64,000 nt of DNA from an uncultured Spirochaetota bacterium (GTDB lineage: Bacteria > Spirochaetota > Brevinematia > Brevinematales > JAOACQ01): assembly GCA_963835575.1 (NCBI GenBank), contig CAWIGG010000005.1, positions 256,001-320,000 of the forward strand, read 5' to 3'. This document shows, one piece after another, positions 8,915 through 18,030 of the stretch (position 1 is the first letter of the stretch; each line of letters begins with the position of its first letter). The notes beneath the pieces are model-generated. The model searched no databases, was not told where the DNA came from, and saw only the letters and a list, made by a program, of their open reading frames with translations. The position numbers and the translations under genes are program-made.

Positions 8915-10717
8915 TCAATACACCCGGTCATTCCAGGTCTTTTTATTCACCTCAAAAATCAGCGTCTTTTCAGCGATCTGCCTGATGTTCCTGCCCTCGC
9001 AGCCGCGGGGGACCATCCAGCAGACAGCCCTTTCGCCTTTAAAATATTTCATCGCGCAAGCCAGGGCTTTTTTAATCGAATAAGGCTTTGTTGAAACAAT
9101 ATTGATCATAATCATAAGCCAGTTGACGGAATAGTGGCTGATATTGGAGCCCTGTTTTAAAAGCTGGGTGACGGACGGGCCGGACGTCTTCTTTTTCGCG
9201 TGGCCGAAATCAGGCGCTTCCGCTTTTCCGACAGGGTTGAGCTTGGTTGCCCTGCAGAAATCGACAGTCGCCCACCGTGCAATTGCTTTTGATGAAGCGA
9301 TTTTTGAATAATTACAGCCGTAGATATCGATGATCAATTCAAAAGCTGACGAAAAACCCTCTTCCATCGGAAGCTTAAAATCCTTTAAAAAGATTTTTGA
9401 GCATTCTGTCATTTTAGGGAGCAATACCTCGCTAGAAGGCAGAAGCTTTCTGTTGTCCTTAGCCAGCCTTGCTTGATAGATCAGGCTTTTCCTGCGGATC
9501 TCCCTGATGTCGGAAAATGACCCGCGGGGGACATGCCAGCAAACGCTGTTCACGGCCCCGTAATAAGACAGTGTATAGGAAACGGCGTCTTCCACCGGAA
9601 GAGAGGCGCATGTAAAACAATTGGCGCATCCTGTCGCGCCGTACTGCCTGTAATTGATTGCGCTGGTTTCTATATACTGGACAAGCGTATCGCCCTCGCC
9701 GAAGTCCCGGTTTGAGACCATCGGTTCGCCATAAGCGATCATATTGATGGCCTCGCAGGTTTCCCTACTCCATCTGGCTATTTTTGAAACCGAAGGGATT
9801 TTTTTGCTATTCAGTGCGATGTCCATAACGACTTCCTCGCCGTATTTGTCCTGTTCGAGCCGGCCCTGGAATTCCGGGTAAACAACTGTGGAAATATCCG
9901 GCGAATACCACCTGCTTTTGATCCCTGAGATTTTATACGCCTTCCTGGCGTTTTGAGCGGCTTTCGTGAAGACCTTGCGGCCTTTTGATCCGGCCGTCAG
10001 GCTGAAAGGCCCGCCGATGTAGCTGACGTTTGACAACTGGATGACCCTGACGTCGTCAAATGTGCGTTCAATCTGCCGCCAGCTTCCGGGGCATTCCGAA
10101 GGCTGAAGGATGAGAGAACCGGTTTGATGAATAGCTATTCCTCCGTCCACCAGGGCATCGTAAACGCACTGGTAAAAATCGGTGCTGAAGAGGCTTTTTG
10201 CCGGTCCTATCGGGTCCGCCGAGTCGATGATCACCAGGTCGCATTTGCCCTTCATGGAGCGGATGTCTTCCGCACCGTCGCCGATGATCAGGCGCAGGCG
10301 TTTATCATCCCAGATGCCTTCCGAAACAGACGGCATGAATTCCCTGCATTTATCGATCACCATCCTGTCGATCTCGACCATGGTGACGGTTTTTACAGAT
10401 TTATGTTTGAGGACTTCCCTGGCCGCGCCACCGTCGCCGCCGCCGATGATCAGAACATTTCTGGCCGGCTTTAAGAGCAAAAACATGGGCCAGTGTACGA
10501 TCCATTCGTGGTAAATGCCTTCGTCTTCCTCCGTCAGCTGAACAATATTGTCGAGTATCAAAACGCGGCCCAGCCGTTCAGTTTCCAGGATCATTATTTT
10601 CTGATGGCCGGTGTCCGTTTCCGGGACAAGGACTTTGGAAACTTTAAAGCCGTAATTAATATCCGTATAAAGGTCTTCATAAAACCAAAATTCGTTTCTC
10701 TTTTTTATCAATCCCAA
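8915..10717 (-). CDS. speE: polyamine aminopropyltransferase (spermidine synthase) fused to two tandem AdoMetDC-like domains
   Basis: N-half: VLIIGGGDGGAAREVL, VEID, IIDSADPIGP; C-half: two repeats each ending CWxVPRG, the first with VQYIETS and FTC. Confidence 0.85.
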   Translation of the reverse strand: MGLIKKRNEFWFYEDLYTDINYGFKVSKVLVPETDTGHQKIMILETERLGRVLILDNIVQLTEEDEGIYHEWIVHWPMFLLLKPARNVLIIGGGDGGAAREVLKHKSVKTVTMVEIDRMVIDKCREFMPSVSEGIWDDKRLRLIIGDGAEDIRSMKGKCDLVIIDSADPIGPAKSLFSTDFYQCVYDALVDGGIAIHQTGSLILQPSECPGSWRQIERTFDDVRVIQLSNVSYIGGPFSLTAGSKGRKVFTKAAQNARKAYKISGIKSRWYSPDISTVVYPEFQGRLEQDKYGEEVVMDIALNSKKIPSVSKIARWSRETCEAINMIAYGEPMVSNRDFGEGDTLVQYIETSAINYRQYGATGCANCFTCASLPVEDAVSYTLSYYGAVNSVCWHVPRGSFSDIREIRRKSLIYQARLAKDNRKLLPSSEVLLPKMTECSKIFLKDFKLPMEEGFSSAFELIIDIYGCNYSKIASSKAIARWATVDFCRATKLNPVGKAEAPDFGHAKKKTSGPSVTQLLKQGSNISHYSVNWLMIMINIVSTKPYSIKKALACAMKYFKGERAVCWMVPRGCEGRNIRQIAEKTLIFEVNKKTWNDRVY

Positions 10718-10784
10718 TTTTTCCCTCCTTTTCTGAAACCGGCAGAAGATGTATTTGTAAGCATTTCAATAATACTTCAAACAT

Positions 10785-11543
10785 TTATTTAATAGTCTGA
10801 TCAAGAGCTTTTTCAATCTTTTCGGATAATTCCCCCAGCAATCCTCGCGTTATTTCGCTTGATAAGTCAAGTCCCTGTGAAGGTATGGACGCTATTTCCT
10901 TTGTCATTGGAAGACGCATCAATATATTCTCCTGCAGAATGGACTCTTCCGGTTCCGGAAAGAATGAAAAGCTCTTGCCGCATTCAGGGCAGACAATGGC
11001 GCTCATATTTTCAATAACACCCAGTATCGGGATACTCAGCATCTCCGCCATCTGGACGGATTTATTCACGATCATGGAAACCATATCCTGAGGGGTGGTC
11101 ACTACCAGAAGTCCGTTCAGCGGGATTTTCTGCATGACGGTCAGCGCCACATCAGCCGTACCGGGAGGCATATCCACTACAAGATAATCAAGTTCTCCCC
11201 ATTCCACATCCGTCCAGAACTGTTCGATGGCTTTTGTCAGAAGCGGCCCCCGCCAGACAACCGGTTTGTTTTCATCTTCCAGCAGCAGATTCATCGAAAC
11301 AACCGATATCCCCTGCTGTGTTTGAAAAGGCAGGAGTTTGCCGCCGTCGGTGAGAATTCTGCCCAGTTTTAATTGAAATAACCGTGGAATACTCGGGCCG
11401 GTTATGTCCGCGTCCAGTACGCCGACTTTATAACCTTTCAGGGCCAGCGCGTTTGCCGCCAGAAAAGTAACGGTGGATTTACCGACCCCGCCTTTCCCGC
11501 TCATGACCCCGAAAATGCTTTTTATCTGACTGGTATTTTCCAT
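10785..11543 (-). CDS. Mrp/NBP35 (ApbC) Fe-S carrier ATPase
   Basis: SGKGGVGKST, DADITGPSIP, VVWRGP, DMPPGT, ENMS..CPEC. Confidence 0.95.
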   Translation of the reverse strand: MENTSQIKSIFGVMSGKGGVGKSTVTFLAANALALKGYKVGVLDADITGPSIPRLFQLKLGRILTDGGKLLPFQTQQGISVVSMNLLLEDENKPVVWRGPLLTKAIEQFWTDVEWGELDYLVVDMPPGTADVALTVMQKIPLNGLLVVTTPQDMVSMIVNKSVQMAEMLSIPILGVIENMSAIVCPECGKSFSFFPEPEESILQENILMRLPMTKEIASIPSQGLDLSSEITRGLLGELSEKIEKALDQTIK

Positions 11544-11563
11544 GAATTTATTTCTCCTATAAA

Positions 11564-11604
11564 TAGCATATGCTAATTATAGTTAAAAATTTGGTTATTG
11601 TCAA
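11564..11604 (-). promoter_or_regulatory. consensus sigma70 promoter with an adjacent palindromic operator
   Basis: minus strand TTGACA-17 nt-TATAAT (11604-11576) followed at once by the palindrome TAGCATATGCTA (11564-11575). Confidence 0.75.
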
Positions 11605-12164
11605 ATGCTAATAATGAAAGTGTCTATTTTTGCGATTGATGTTAATTTGAGAAAAAGATATACAGTAAGTTTAACTTTGATATTTTTGCACATCCAGACA
11701 AAAATGTATATTAAGGAGTCCCGCCAATATTTCCGACAAAATCCCCTCTAAGGAATTATTGGATAACATGGAAATGATAAACTAATTTCCCGGGGTAGCA
11801 ATAAACGAAATTCCCATACGTGTCAAAAACAGATCCCTCATAGGGGAATATAACGATTACCTTTAATGAAAATTAATTAAAGGATGGCAGAAATGGTGAA
11901 AAGTATTATGTATCTGGAAACAAAAAAACTAAAGATTTCAGGCAAAAGTAAGAAGAACAGGCGAAGGCTGTAAAGAAGTAGAAATTAATAACCAGAAATT
12001 CTTCTGATCAATATAGATGCCGGCTAATGTTCCAAGCGTCTTGTTGTTCCGCGCGCCTGAATAATTTACGATTCATATTTCAAAACTTCAAACTAAAGTG
12101 AAGTATTTTTCAGGCATTTTTATCTCTATTGAAACTATTTATCAATCCATTCATAGAAAAATGA

Positions 12165-12195
12165 ATAACCCCCGTTGGACACCCAACGGGGGCTG
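12165..12195 (-). terminator. intrinsic terminator after the PepSY gene
   Basis: CCCCCGTTGG-acac-CCAACGGGGG perfect hairpin with a T-rich tail on the minus strand. Confidence 0.6.
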
Positions 12196-12227
12196 AAATT
12201 TGATCTTGGGGTCAAAATGAAGTTCCT

Positions 12228-12650
12228 TTATTCGTTTTCTTCTTTGTCGTTTTCAGATTTACCTTCTTTATTTTCATCATTTTCTTTTTCACTTTCTTTC
12301 TTTACAACTTGTCCATTTACTGGATCAATTTTTAAATCAATCATACTTTTATCAATTGCTATTACTTCAATGGAATAAATCAGATATCCATTCTTGACTT
12401 CCAGCCTCGCTTTTAAGGCCTTACCTGGAGCGTTAGTTAAAGCTATATTTATGGCTTCTATAAGACTTAGTTTTGCCAGGTCAGCCATTTGCACTTCTTT
12501 TTCGTCTTTCTTTCCTGATGAGGGGAATTTTACTGAACTGATAATTGAAATACCTTGCTTATCCTTCCCTTTTTCTTTAGCAGAAGATACTACCGACAAG
12601 CCGCTTACCAATCCTACCGCGATAAATAGGACTACACACACTTTAATCAT
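12228..12650 (-). CDS. secreted PepSY-domain protein
   Basis: signal peptide; AKLSLIEAINIAL..PGK..ARLE..Y.IEV..IDPVNGQVV; acidic tail. Confidence 0.85.
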   Translation of the reverse strand: MIKVCVVLFIAVGLVSGLSVVSSAKEKGKDKQGISIISSVKFPSSGKKDEKEVQMADLAKLSLIEAINIALTNAPGKALKARLEVKNGYLIYSIEVIAIDKSMIDLKIDPVNGQVVKKESEKENDENKEGKSENDKEENE

Positions 12651-12680
12651 AAATATCCTCCTTTGGATAAAATATGATAT

Positions 12681-12714
12681 ATTATAGATGTTTCAATATG
12701 AAGAAACTATGAAG
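12681..12714 (-). promoter_or_regulatory. OmpR-type tandem box plus -10 element
   Basis: minus strand CTTCATagtttCTTCAT-11 nt-TATAAT; same layout at 14914-14947. Confidence 0.7.
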
Positions 12715-12717
12715 GAC

Positions 12718-14124
12718 TTAAATATTTTTGAATAATGGCAGAACAATTGTAAAAATTGAACCATTATTCATCTGGCTTTTAACGGTTATAGTTCCGCCAA
12801 ACATTTCAATTATTTTTTTGGAAATAGATAAACCAATCCCGGTTCCAGAATAAGCCGGGGTCATATTGTCTTTAACTCTGAAGAAACGGTCGAATATTCT
12901 GAACAAGTTTTAATTACTTATACCGATACCTGTATCAACGATTTCAATTATTATCGAATTCAAATGAACTCTTGAATGGATGAATATGGTTCCACTTTTT
13001 GTATATTTAATTGCATTTTCAACAATATTAAATAAGGCAATGTGAATCAACTCCTTATCAGACAGAAACATGACACCAGACAGATCCCCATCCCGGTTAA
13101 AAGTTAATCCCTTGCTTTCAGCAAGAGGAACCAGTGCTTCATAAATTTTATCGATACACTCCTGTAAATAAATTGGTTCTTTTATAAAATACTTGCTTTC
13201 ATCCAGCCTTGCCAGCAGGAGTAATTTATTGATAAGTGTCTGAAGATACGCACTGGATTCCAGGATTTGATATAATTCTTCTTTTAAATTATCGTCAGAA
13301 ATTTGAGAATTAATTTGATTTTCAATTTTAATCCGGATGATTGAAAGGGGGGTTTTCAGTTCATGAGCCACATCTGAGATAAATTGTTTTTGGGTTTCAA
13401 ATGATTTTTCAATACGGGATAAAAGACTGTTAATTTCCATAGTCAGCTGTCCCAGTTCATCATGCGCATTTTGAATAGGCAACCTTTCATGAAGATTTTG
13501 GGAATTAATCCGATTGGTTAATCGAGTGATCCTATTGATAGGCTTAAGAATCCGTTCACCGAAGAAATACCCGATAATTCCAATGAAGATCAAAAACAAT
13601 ATAATGCCAATAATTTCAGCAATAGAATACGTTTGAATCTGTTTTAAGAAATCGCTTATATTAACTGCCGTGATTATATAATAGAATATTTCATCTTTGA
13701 TTTTAACCGGTTCAATATGAGTCCTCAGATATACTATTCTTTCCGGTATTTTTGAGGCATTATCATTGGTTCGATTAATACTATTTTTTATCAAATAGTA
13801 TTTATTAAGATTATTAAAATCCATTGCAACCTGGTATTTCTTTGCATAGGTTGATATATAAAGGACTTGATTGTTGGAAGAAAGAATTATAACCCATTTG
13901 TCATCGACTAATGACAAATCATCATTTTCATTAAGCATGGTAAATGTTTTTACGCTATTCAATTCAAAAATGCTTTCCACTTCTTTTGAAAGATAGGATA
14001 ATTCCTTGTCCGCAGAATCATATGAGAACTTTACGACTAAGGCCAGAATGAAAATGCTGAATATTATCAAAATTGAAGCGCTTAATACAATGTATAGAGT
14101 AATGATTCGAGTTCTAACTTTCAT
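12718..14124 (-). pseudogene. HAMP sensor histidine kinase interrupted by an in-frame TAA
   Basis: H box DVAHELKTPL, N box NIVENAIKY, DTGIGISN-TAA(12910-12912)-NLFRIFDRFFR..GTGIGLSI all in one frame. Confidence 0.85.
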
Positions 14125-14807
14125 TTCAGATCCTTATCTGTCAATATAAATCCAAACCCTCTTTTTGTATGAAGCAACAATTTATCATGTCCGTTGTCCA
14201 GTTTTTTCCTGAGATTTTTTATATGAACATCAATAAAATTCGACATAGTAAAAAGGTCCAGCGATTCACCCCAAATGTGTTCTCCAATTTCGATTCTGGT
14301 CACCAGCCGGTCTTTGTTATATGCCAGGAATTCCAGAATTTCATATTCTTTCGGGGACAAGTTTAAAGGATACCCTCTTCTGCTTGCCTTTTTAACGGAT
14401 GTATCGATCTCCAGATCCAGAATTTGTATGGTATTTTGGCTGATATTATGTTTTCTTCTTAAAAGCGTTCGGATTCGTGCTAATAGCTCTGAAACTGCAA
14501 ATGGTTTTGTTAAATAGTCCTCAGCCCCAAGGTCCAGGCCCTTCACCCGGTCTTCTACCAGGCCCCTCGCGGACAGTACAAGTACTGTTACAGGTACGGA
14601 CATCCCGCGTAAAGTCTTAAGGACCTCAAAACCATCTATTCCCGGAAGCATAATATCAAGAAGAACAATATCATAATCCGCTTCATGGATCTTGTCCAGG
14701 GCGTCTTCACCGCTTTCAGCCCGCTCTACCAGATATTTTTCCTTTGTCAGCGAAGCGGAAATACTTTCCGCTAATTGATTGTCATCTTCTATTAATAATA
14801 TTTTCAT
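14121..14807 (-). CDS. OmpR/PhoB family response regulator
   Basis: LLIEDD, LLDIMLPGIDG, DYLTKPF, winged helix IDVHIKNLRKKL..TKRGFGF. Confidence 0.95.
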   Translation of the reverse strand: MKILLIEDDNQLAESISASLTKEKYLVERAESGEDALDKIHEADYDIVLLDIMLPGIDGFEVLKTLRGMSVPVTVLVLSARGLVEDRVKGLDLGAEDYLTKPFAVSELLARIRTLLRRKHNISQNTIQILDLEIDTSVKKASRRGYPLNLSPKEYEILEFLAYNKDRLVTRIEIGEHIWGESLDLFTMSNFIDVHIKNLRKKLDNGHDKLLLHTKRGFGFILTDKDLK

Positions 14808-14913
14808 AATATTTTAAATCATTCCTGCCGGAAATAACTTCGGATTTATTTTAAAGCATATTATAAGATACCGCCAGATATTTTCCCGCTAATAAAAAAA
14901 ATATTTGCACATT

Positions 14914-14947
14914 CTTCATCATTTCTTCATTTTGTCTATGATATAAT
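14914..14947 (+). promoter_or_regulatory. OmpR-type tandem box plus -10 element
   Basis: CTTCATcatttCTTCAT-11 nt-TATAAT, spacing identical to the PepSY promoter. Confidence 0.7.
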
Positions 14948-15108
14948 TGATGAAAAGAAGGCTGAATGAAAGAAATAAATATCTTCAAGCAAATTAAAAC
15001 CGGAAATTTACTGCTTTTGAAAGAATTATTATGAAGATAGTATTTTATTACTATTAACATTTGATTTTTTTATGTGGTTTGAGTAATTTAGTTTTAATGA
15101 GGATAAGC

Positions 15109-15705
15109 ATGAACAATAAAGTTATCATCATTCTGGTATTGACGGTTCTTTCATTATTACTATTGACTTTGATCTCATTCGGGCCATTGTCGAATCTCAG
15201 GGGCCGGACATTTTATAATCCAGAGTCTCTTTTAAAAAGGACCGGCGCAAACGGAGGTTTGACAGCGGATTACATCAATAAAGACATAAAAGAAAACTAT
15301 TTCGAAATATTGCTGCCTGTAGAATGGATTGTCAAAGCAGGCGATAAACCGGGAAGTTATAATATAAGTTTTCCCGGCGGGCACGGTTTGATCAATTTGA
15401 TGGATGTTCCCGACAATACAACCCTTGAGCTTTTTATTTTAAGTCAGGTAGAACCGCGTTTAAAAAAAAGCGCGGCCGGATACCGGCGGCTGGATTATCA
15501 GAAAATCAAAGTAAATGGAAATGACGCTTATATCTTATTATACGATGAAAAAGCCGGAAAAGCGGATTACCGGACAATGACCGCGTATATCAGTGGAGCG
15601 GACCAGGCTGCTGTGATTAAATTGAGCGCCGGAAAAAATGATTTTAAAAACCTCGAGTCATCTTTTTACTCCTTGATAAATAATTTTAATTGGAGAAATC
15701 CATGA
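15109..15705 (+). CDS. membrane-anchored hypothetical protein (PsbP/DcrB-like)
   Basis: N-terminal TM; FEILLPVEW, KVNGNDAY, FYSLINNF pattern; ATG after GAGGA. Confidence 0.5.
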   Translation: MNNKVIIILVLTVLSLLLLTLISFGPLSNLRGRTFYNPESLLKRTGANGGLTADYINKDIKENYFEILLPVEWIVKAGDKPGSYNISFPGGHGLINLMDVPDNTTLELFILSQVEPRLKKSAAGYRRLDYQKIKVNGNDAYILLYDEKAGKADYRTMTAYISGADQAAVIKLSAGKNDFKNLESSFYSLINNFNWRNP

Positions 15706-15905
15706 AGCAGATATTATTATTTATATCCATGGCCGTCATCGGCATTGGGCTTTATCTGAAATTATTTTATGATGTGCCGGATTCCCAGGCCCAGATTAAT
15801 TTTTTTGTCAGCTGGTTCTTTATTATTATTGGTACAGGAAGCCTATTGAGTAATATATTCTGGGGAAATAAAGCGGATAAAAACAGTAGGAACAAAAATG
15901 AATGA
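15702..15905 (+). CDS. small two-TM membrane protein
   Basis: ATGA overlaps on both sides, two hydrophobic segments. Confidence 0.65.
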   Translation: MKQILLFISMAVIGIGLYLKLFYDVPDSQAQINFFVSWFFIIIGTGSLLSNIFWGNKADKNSRNKNE

Positions 15906-16624
15906 ATAGCGTAATAAAAACCGAAAACCTGACCAAACTATACGGCAAGACAAAAGCCCTGGACAATCTTTCGCTTGAAGTTAAAAAAGGGGAGTTTTTC
16001 GCCTTTCTGGGGCCGAACGGCGCGGGTAAAACAACCACAATCAGGATCCTAACAGGTATAATCAAGCCTGACGAGGGAAAGGTTTTAATAAATGAAGAAC
16101 TTCAGGCTGACTCAACGAAAGCGAAACTGATCGCGGGAGTAATGCCTGAAAGCCGCGGATTGTACGAATGGATGACTGCCGGCGAGTATATTTCTTTTTT
16201 TGCCCATCTTTACCGTATTCATGATCCGGTTAATGTAATCGCTGAAAAATTATCGATTGTCGGACTTATCAATGAAAAAAACAAAATTATCGGAACTTTC
16301 TCCAGAGGAATGAAACAGCGTATCAGTCTGGCGCGTTCTCTCATCAATAAACCGGAAATATTGTATCTTGACGAACCTACGCTCGGACTTGACCCGAAGG
16401 GCCAGGAAGACATTCAAAATCTATTGAAAAATTTAAATGCCGGCGGTGTGACTATCTTTTATTCATCCCACCTGCTCAACGAAGTGGCCCAGCTTTGTTC
16501 AAGGATCGCCGTCATCCATCATGGAAAACTGATCGCACAGGGCACGATTTCCCAGCTTCAGGAACAAACCGGTTTACAGAACAACAGTTTAAAGGATATT
16601 TTCCTTAAATTGACAGGAGATTGA
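15902..16624 (+). CDS. ABC exporter ATP-binding protein
   Basis: GPNGAGKTT, FSRGMKQR, LYLDEPT. Confidence 0.95.
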   Translation: MNSVIKTENLTKLYGKTKALDNLSLEVKKGEFFAFLGPNGAGKTTTIRILTGIIKPDEGKVLINEELQADSTKAKLIAGVMPESRGLYEWMTAGEYISFFAHLYRIHDPVNVIAEKLSIVGLINEKNKIIGTFSRGMKQRISLARSLINKPEILYLDEPTLGLDPKGQEDIQNLLKNLNAGGVTIFYSSHLLNEVAQLCSRIAVIHHGKLIAQGTISQLQEQTGLQNNSLKDIFLKLTGD

Positions 16625-16625
16625 A

Positions 16626-17396
16626 ATGTTCAAGTATATTTTGGCGAATGAATTAAAGGCTTCGCTTTATACCTGGAAAAGTATGGTCTGGTTTTTAATC
16701 ACAGCGGTCATATTCAGTTTTACCAGTTATTTATTTCTAACGGATAAAGAGCTGAGCCTGCTAGACCAGACGGAAATGCTCTGGCTGATATCAAAGGTAA
16801 TCATAGGAACTGCTTTGCTGATAATTACAGTTGACGCCTCCAATACCATCAATACTGAATTCGAAAAAGAAACGGCGGAAAGTCTTTTTCTGACCCCGCT
16901 TTCCATGAAAGATTTTGTTTTTGGAAAACTGCTCGCTTCCCTGACATTATGGCTGGCGATTTATCTCATATCAATTCCATATATTATTGTCACATCCGCC
17001 GGGAGCCGTCTCACTATCGCTTTTCTGGGTTATGTCCTCATGCTGGGCACTATGATCGTTCTCGGGTTTCAAATGATGATATTCGGCATTTCGTTCCTGT
17101 TCCGTTCCAGTAAAAACACGCTGACGACCTCACTCATTATTTTATTGGCCTCAGTCCTTCCTGCGATATTCCCGACTGTTCTTAAAAATAATCCGTTTAG
17201 CCAGGTTCTTTCCGTCATAAACCCGGCAGACAATGTCTTTTCATCGCTGGATAATGTTCTGGTTGATTATAAAACCGCGATCGGCGCTAATTTACAGTAT
17301 ATTATTCCTGTTTTGATATTTTGTCTGACTGCTTTGGTTTTTATGCTTTACAGTATAATTAAATTCAAACGCAGCGGCATAATTAAAAATGATTAG
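16626..17396 (+). CDS. ABC-2 type exporter permease
   Basis: ~6 TM, EFEKETAESLFLTPLS..GKLLA. Confidence 0.85.
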   Translation: MFKYILANELKASLYTWKSMVWFLITAVIFSFTSYLFLTDKELSLLDQTEMLWLISKVIIGTALLIITVDASNTINTEFEKETAESLFLTPLSMKDFVFGKLLASLTLWLAIYLISIPYIIVTSAGSRLTIAFLGYVLMLGTMIVLGFQMMIFGISFLFRSSKNTLTTSLIILLASVLPAIFPTVLKNNPFSQVLSVINPADNVFSSLDNVLVDYKTAIGANLQYIIPVLIFCLTALVFMLYSIIKFKRSGIIKND

Positions 17397-17405
17397 GGGT
17401 TTCTT

Positions 17406-17960
17406 TTGAAAATGAATATTTATAAATTTCTCATTCTGATAATAATTGGAAGCCTCGCTTCAATAAATTCGATTTGGGCCGGCTCCAGTAAAGGATTACC
17501 GCTTTTAGACATCAGGATATTATCAAGTCAAAATCTGAATGGAACAGCGGGCGATTACGTTACCGTATCGGCGGAAATAATGAATGTTTCCCGGAAAACA
17601 ATTACCAATATTACAACTTATCTGTCGCTGGCAGATGAAGGAACAAAGCTTCCAGTCGATCTGGAAGACTGGAGCGCCGAGAAAGGACTTTTTGTCGGCG
17701 TGATAGACGGCGGACAGAATTTGCCCCTTGACTGGAAAATTCATTTTGTAAAAGCGGGAAAATATTCACTGATAATTATCGCCGAAATCAACGGCGTACC
17801 CTATCCTTTAACAAGCAGTATTACGCATTTTGCCGTCAGTCCCAAGCATAATCTCAATCCGGGACAGGTCCTGCCGGTTGCCCTTGGAATGCCTTTATTT
17901 CTTCTTATTATTATGATATTCGCCGCTCAAATAAGAAAATCCAGACTGATGAAACAGTAA
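17406..17960 (+). CDS. exported protein with C-terminal membrane anchor
   Basis: signal-like N-terminus, beta-rich core, C-terminal TM with basic tail; in operon. Confidence 0.6.
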   Translation: MKMNIYKFLILIIIGSLASINSIWAGSSKGLPLLDIRILSSQNLNGTAGDYVTVSAEIMNVSRKTITNITTYLSLADEGTKLPVDLEDWSAEKGLFVGVIDGGQNLPLDWKIHFVKAGKYSLIIIAEINGVPYPLTSSITHFAVSPKHNLNPGQVLPVALGMPLFLLIIMIFAAQIRKSRLMKQ

Positions 17961-18030
17961 TAAAAGACGCCGACGGTATCCGTGCCGCCTGACAATAGAT
18001 TTATCTGTATTAAATTTAGGAGGAAGACAA

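Noticed and set aside
11700..12160. Possible gene remnants in an AT-rich gap
   Set aside because: Only very short frames with no identifiable motif
12910..12912. Stop-codon recoding (Sec/Pyl or alternative code) in the kinase
   Set aside because: The stop is TAA and neighbouring genes use TAA, TAG and TGA as normal stops
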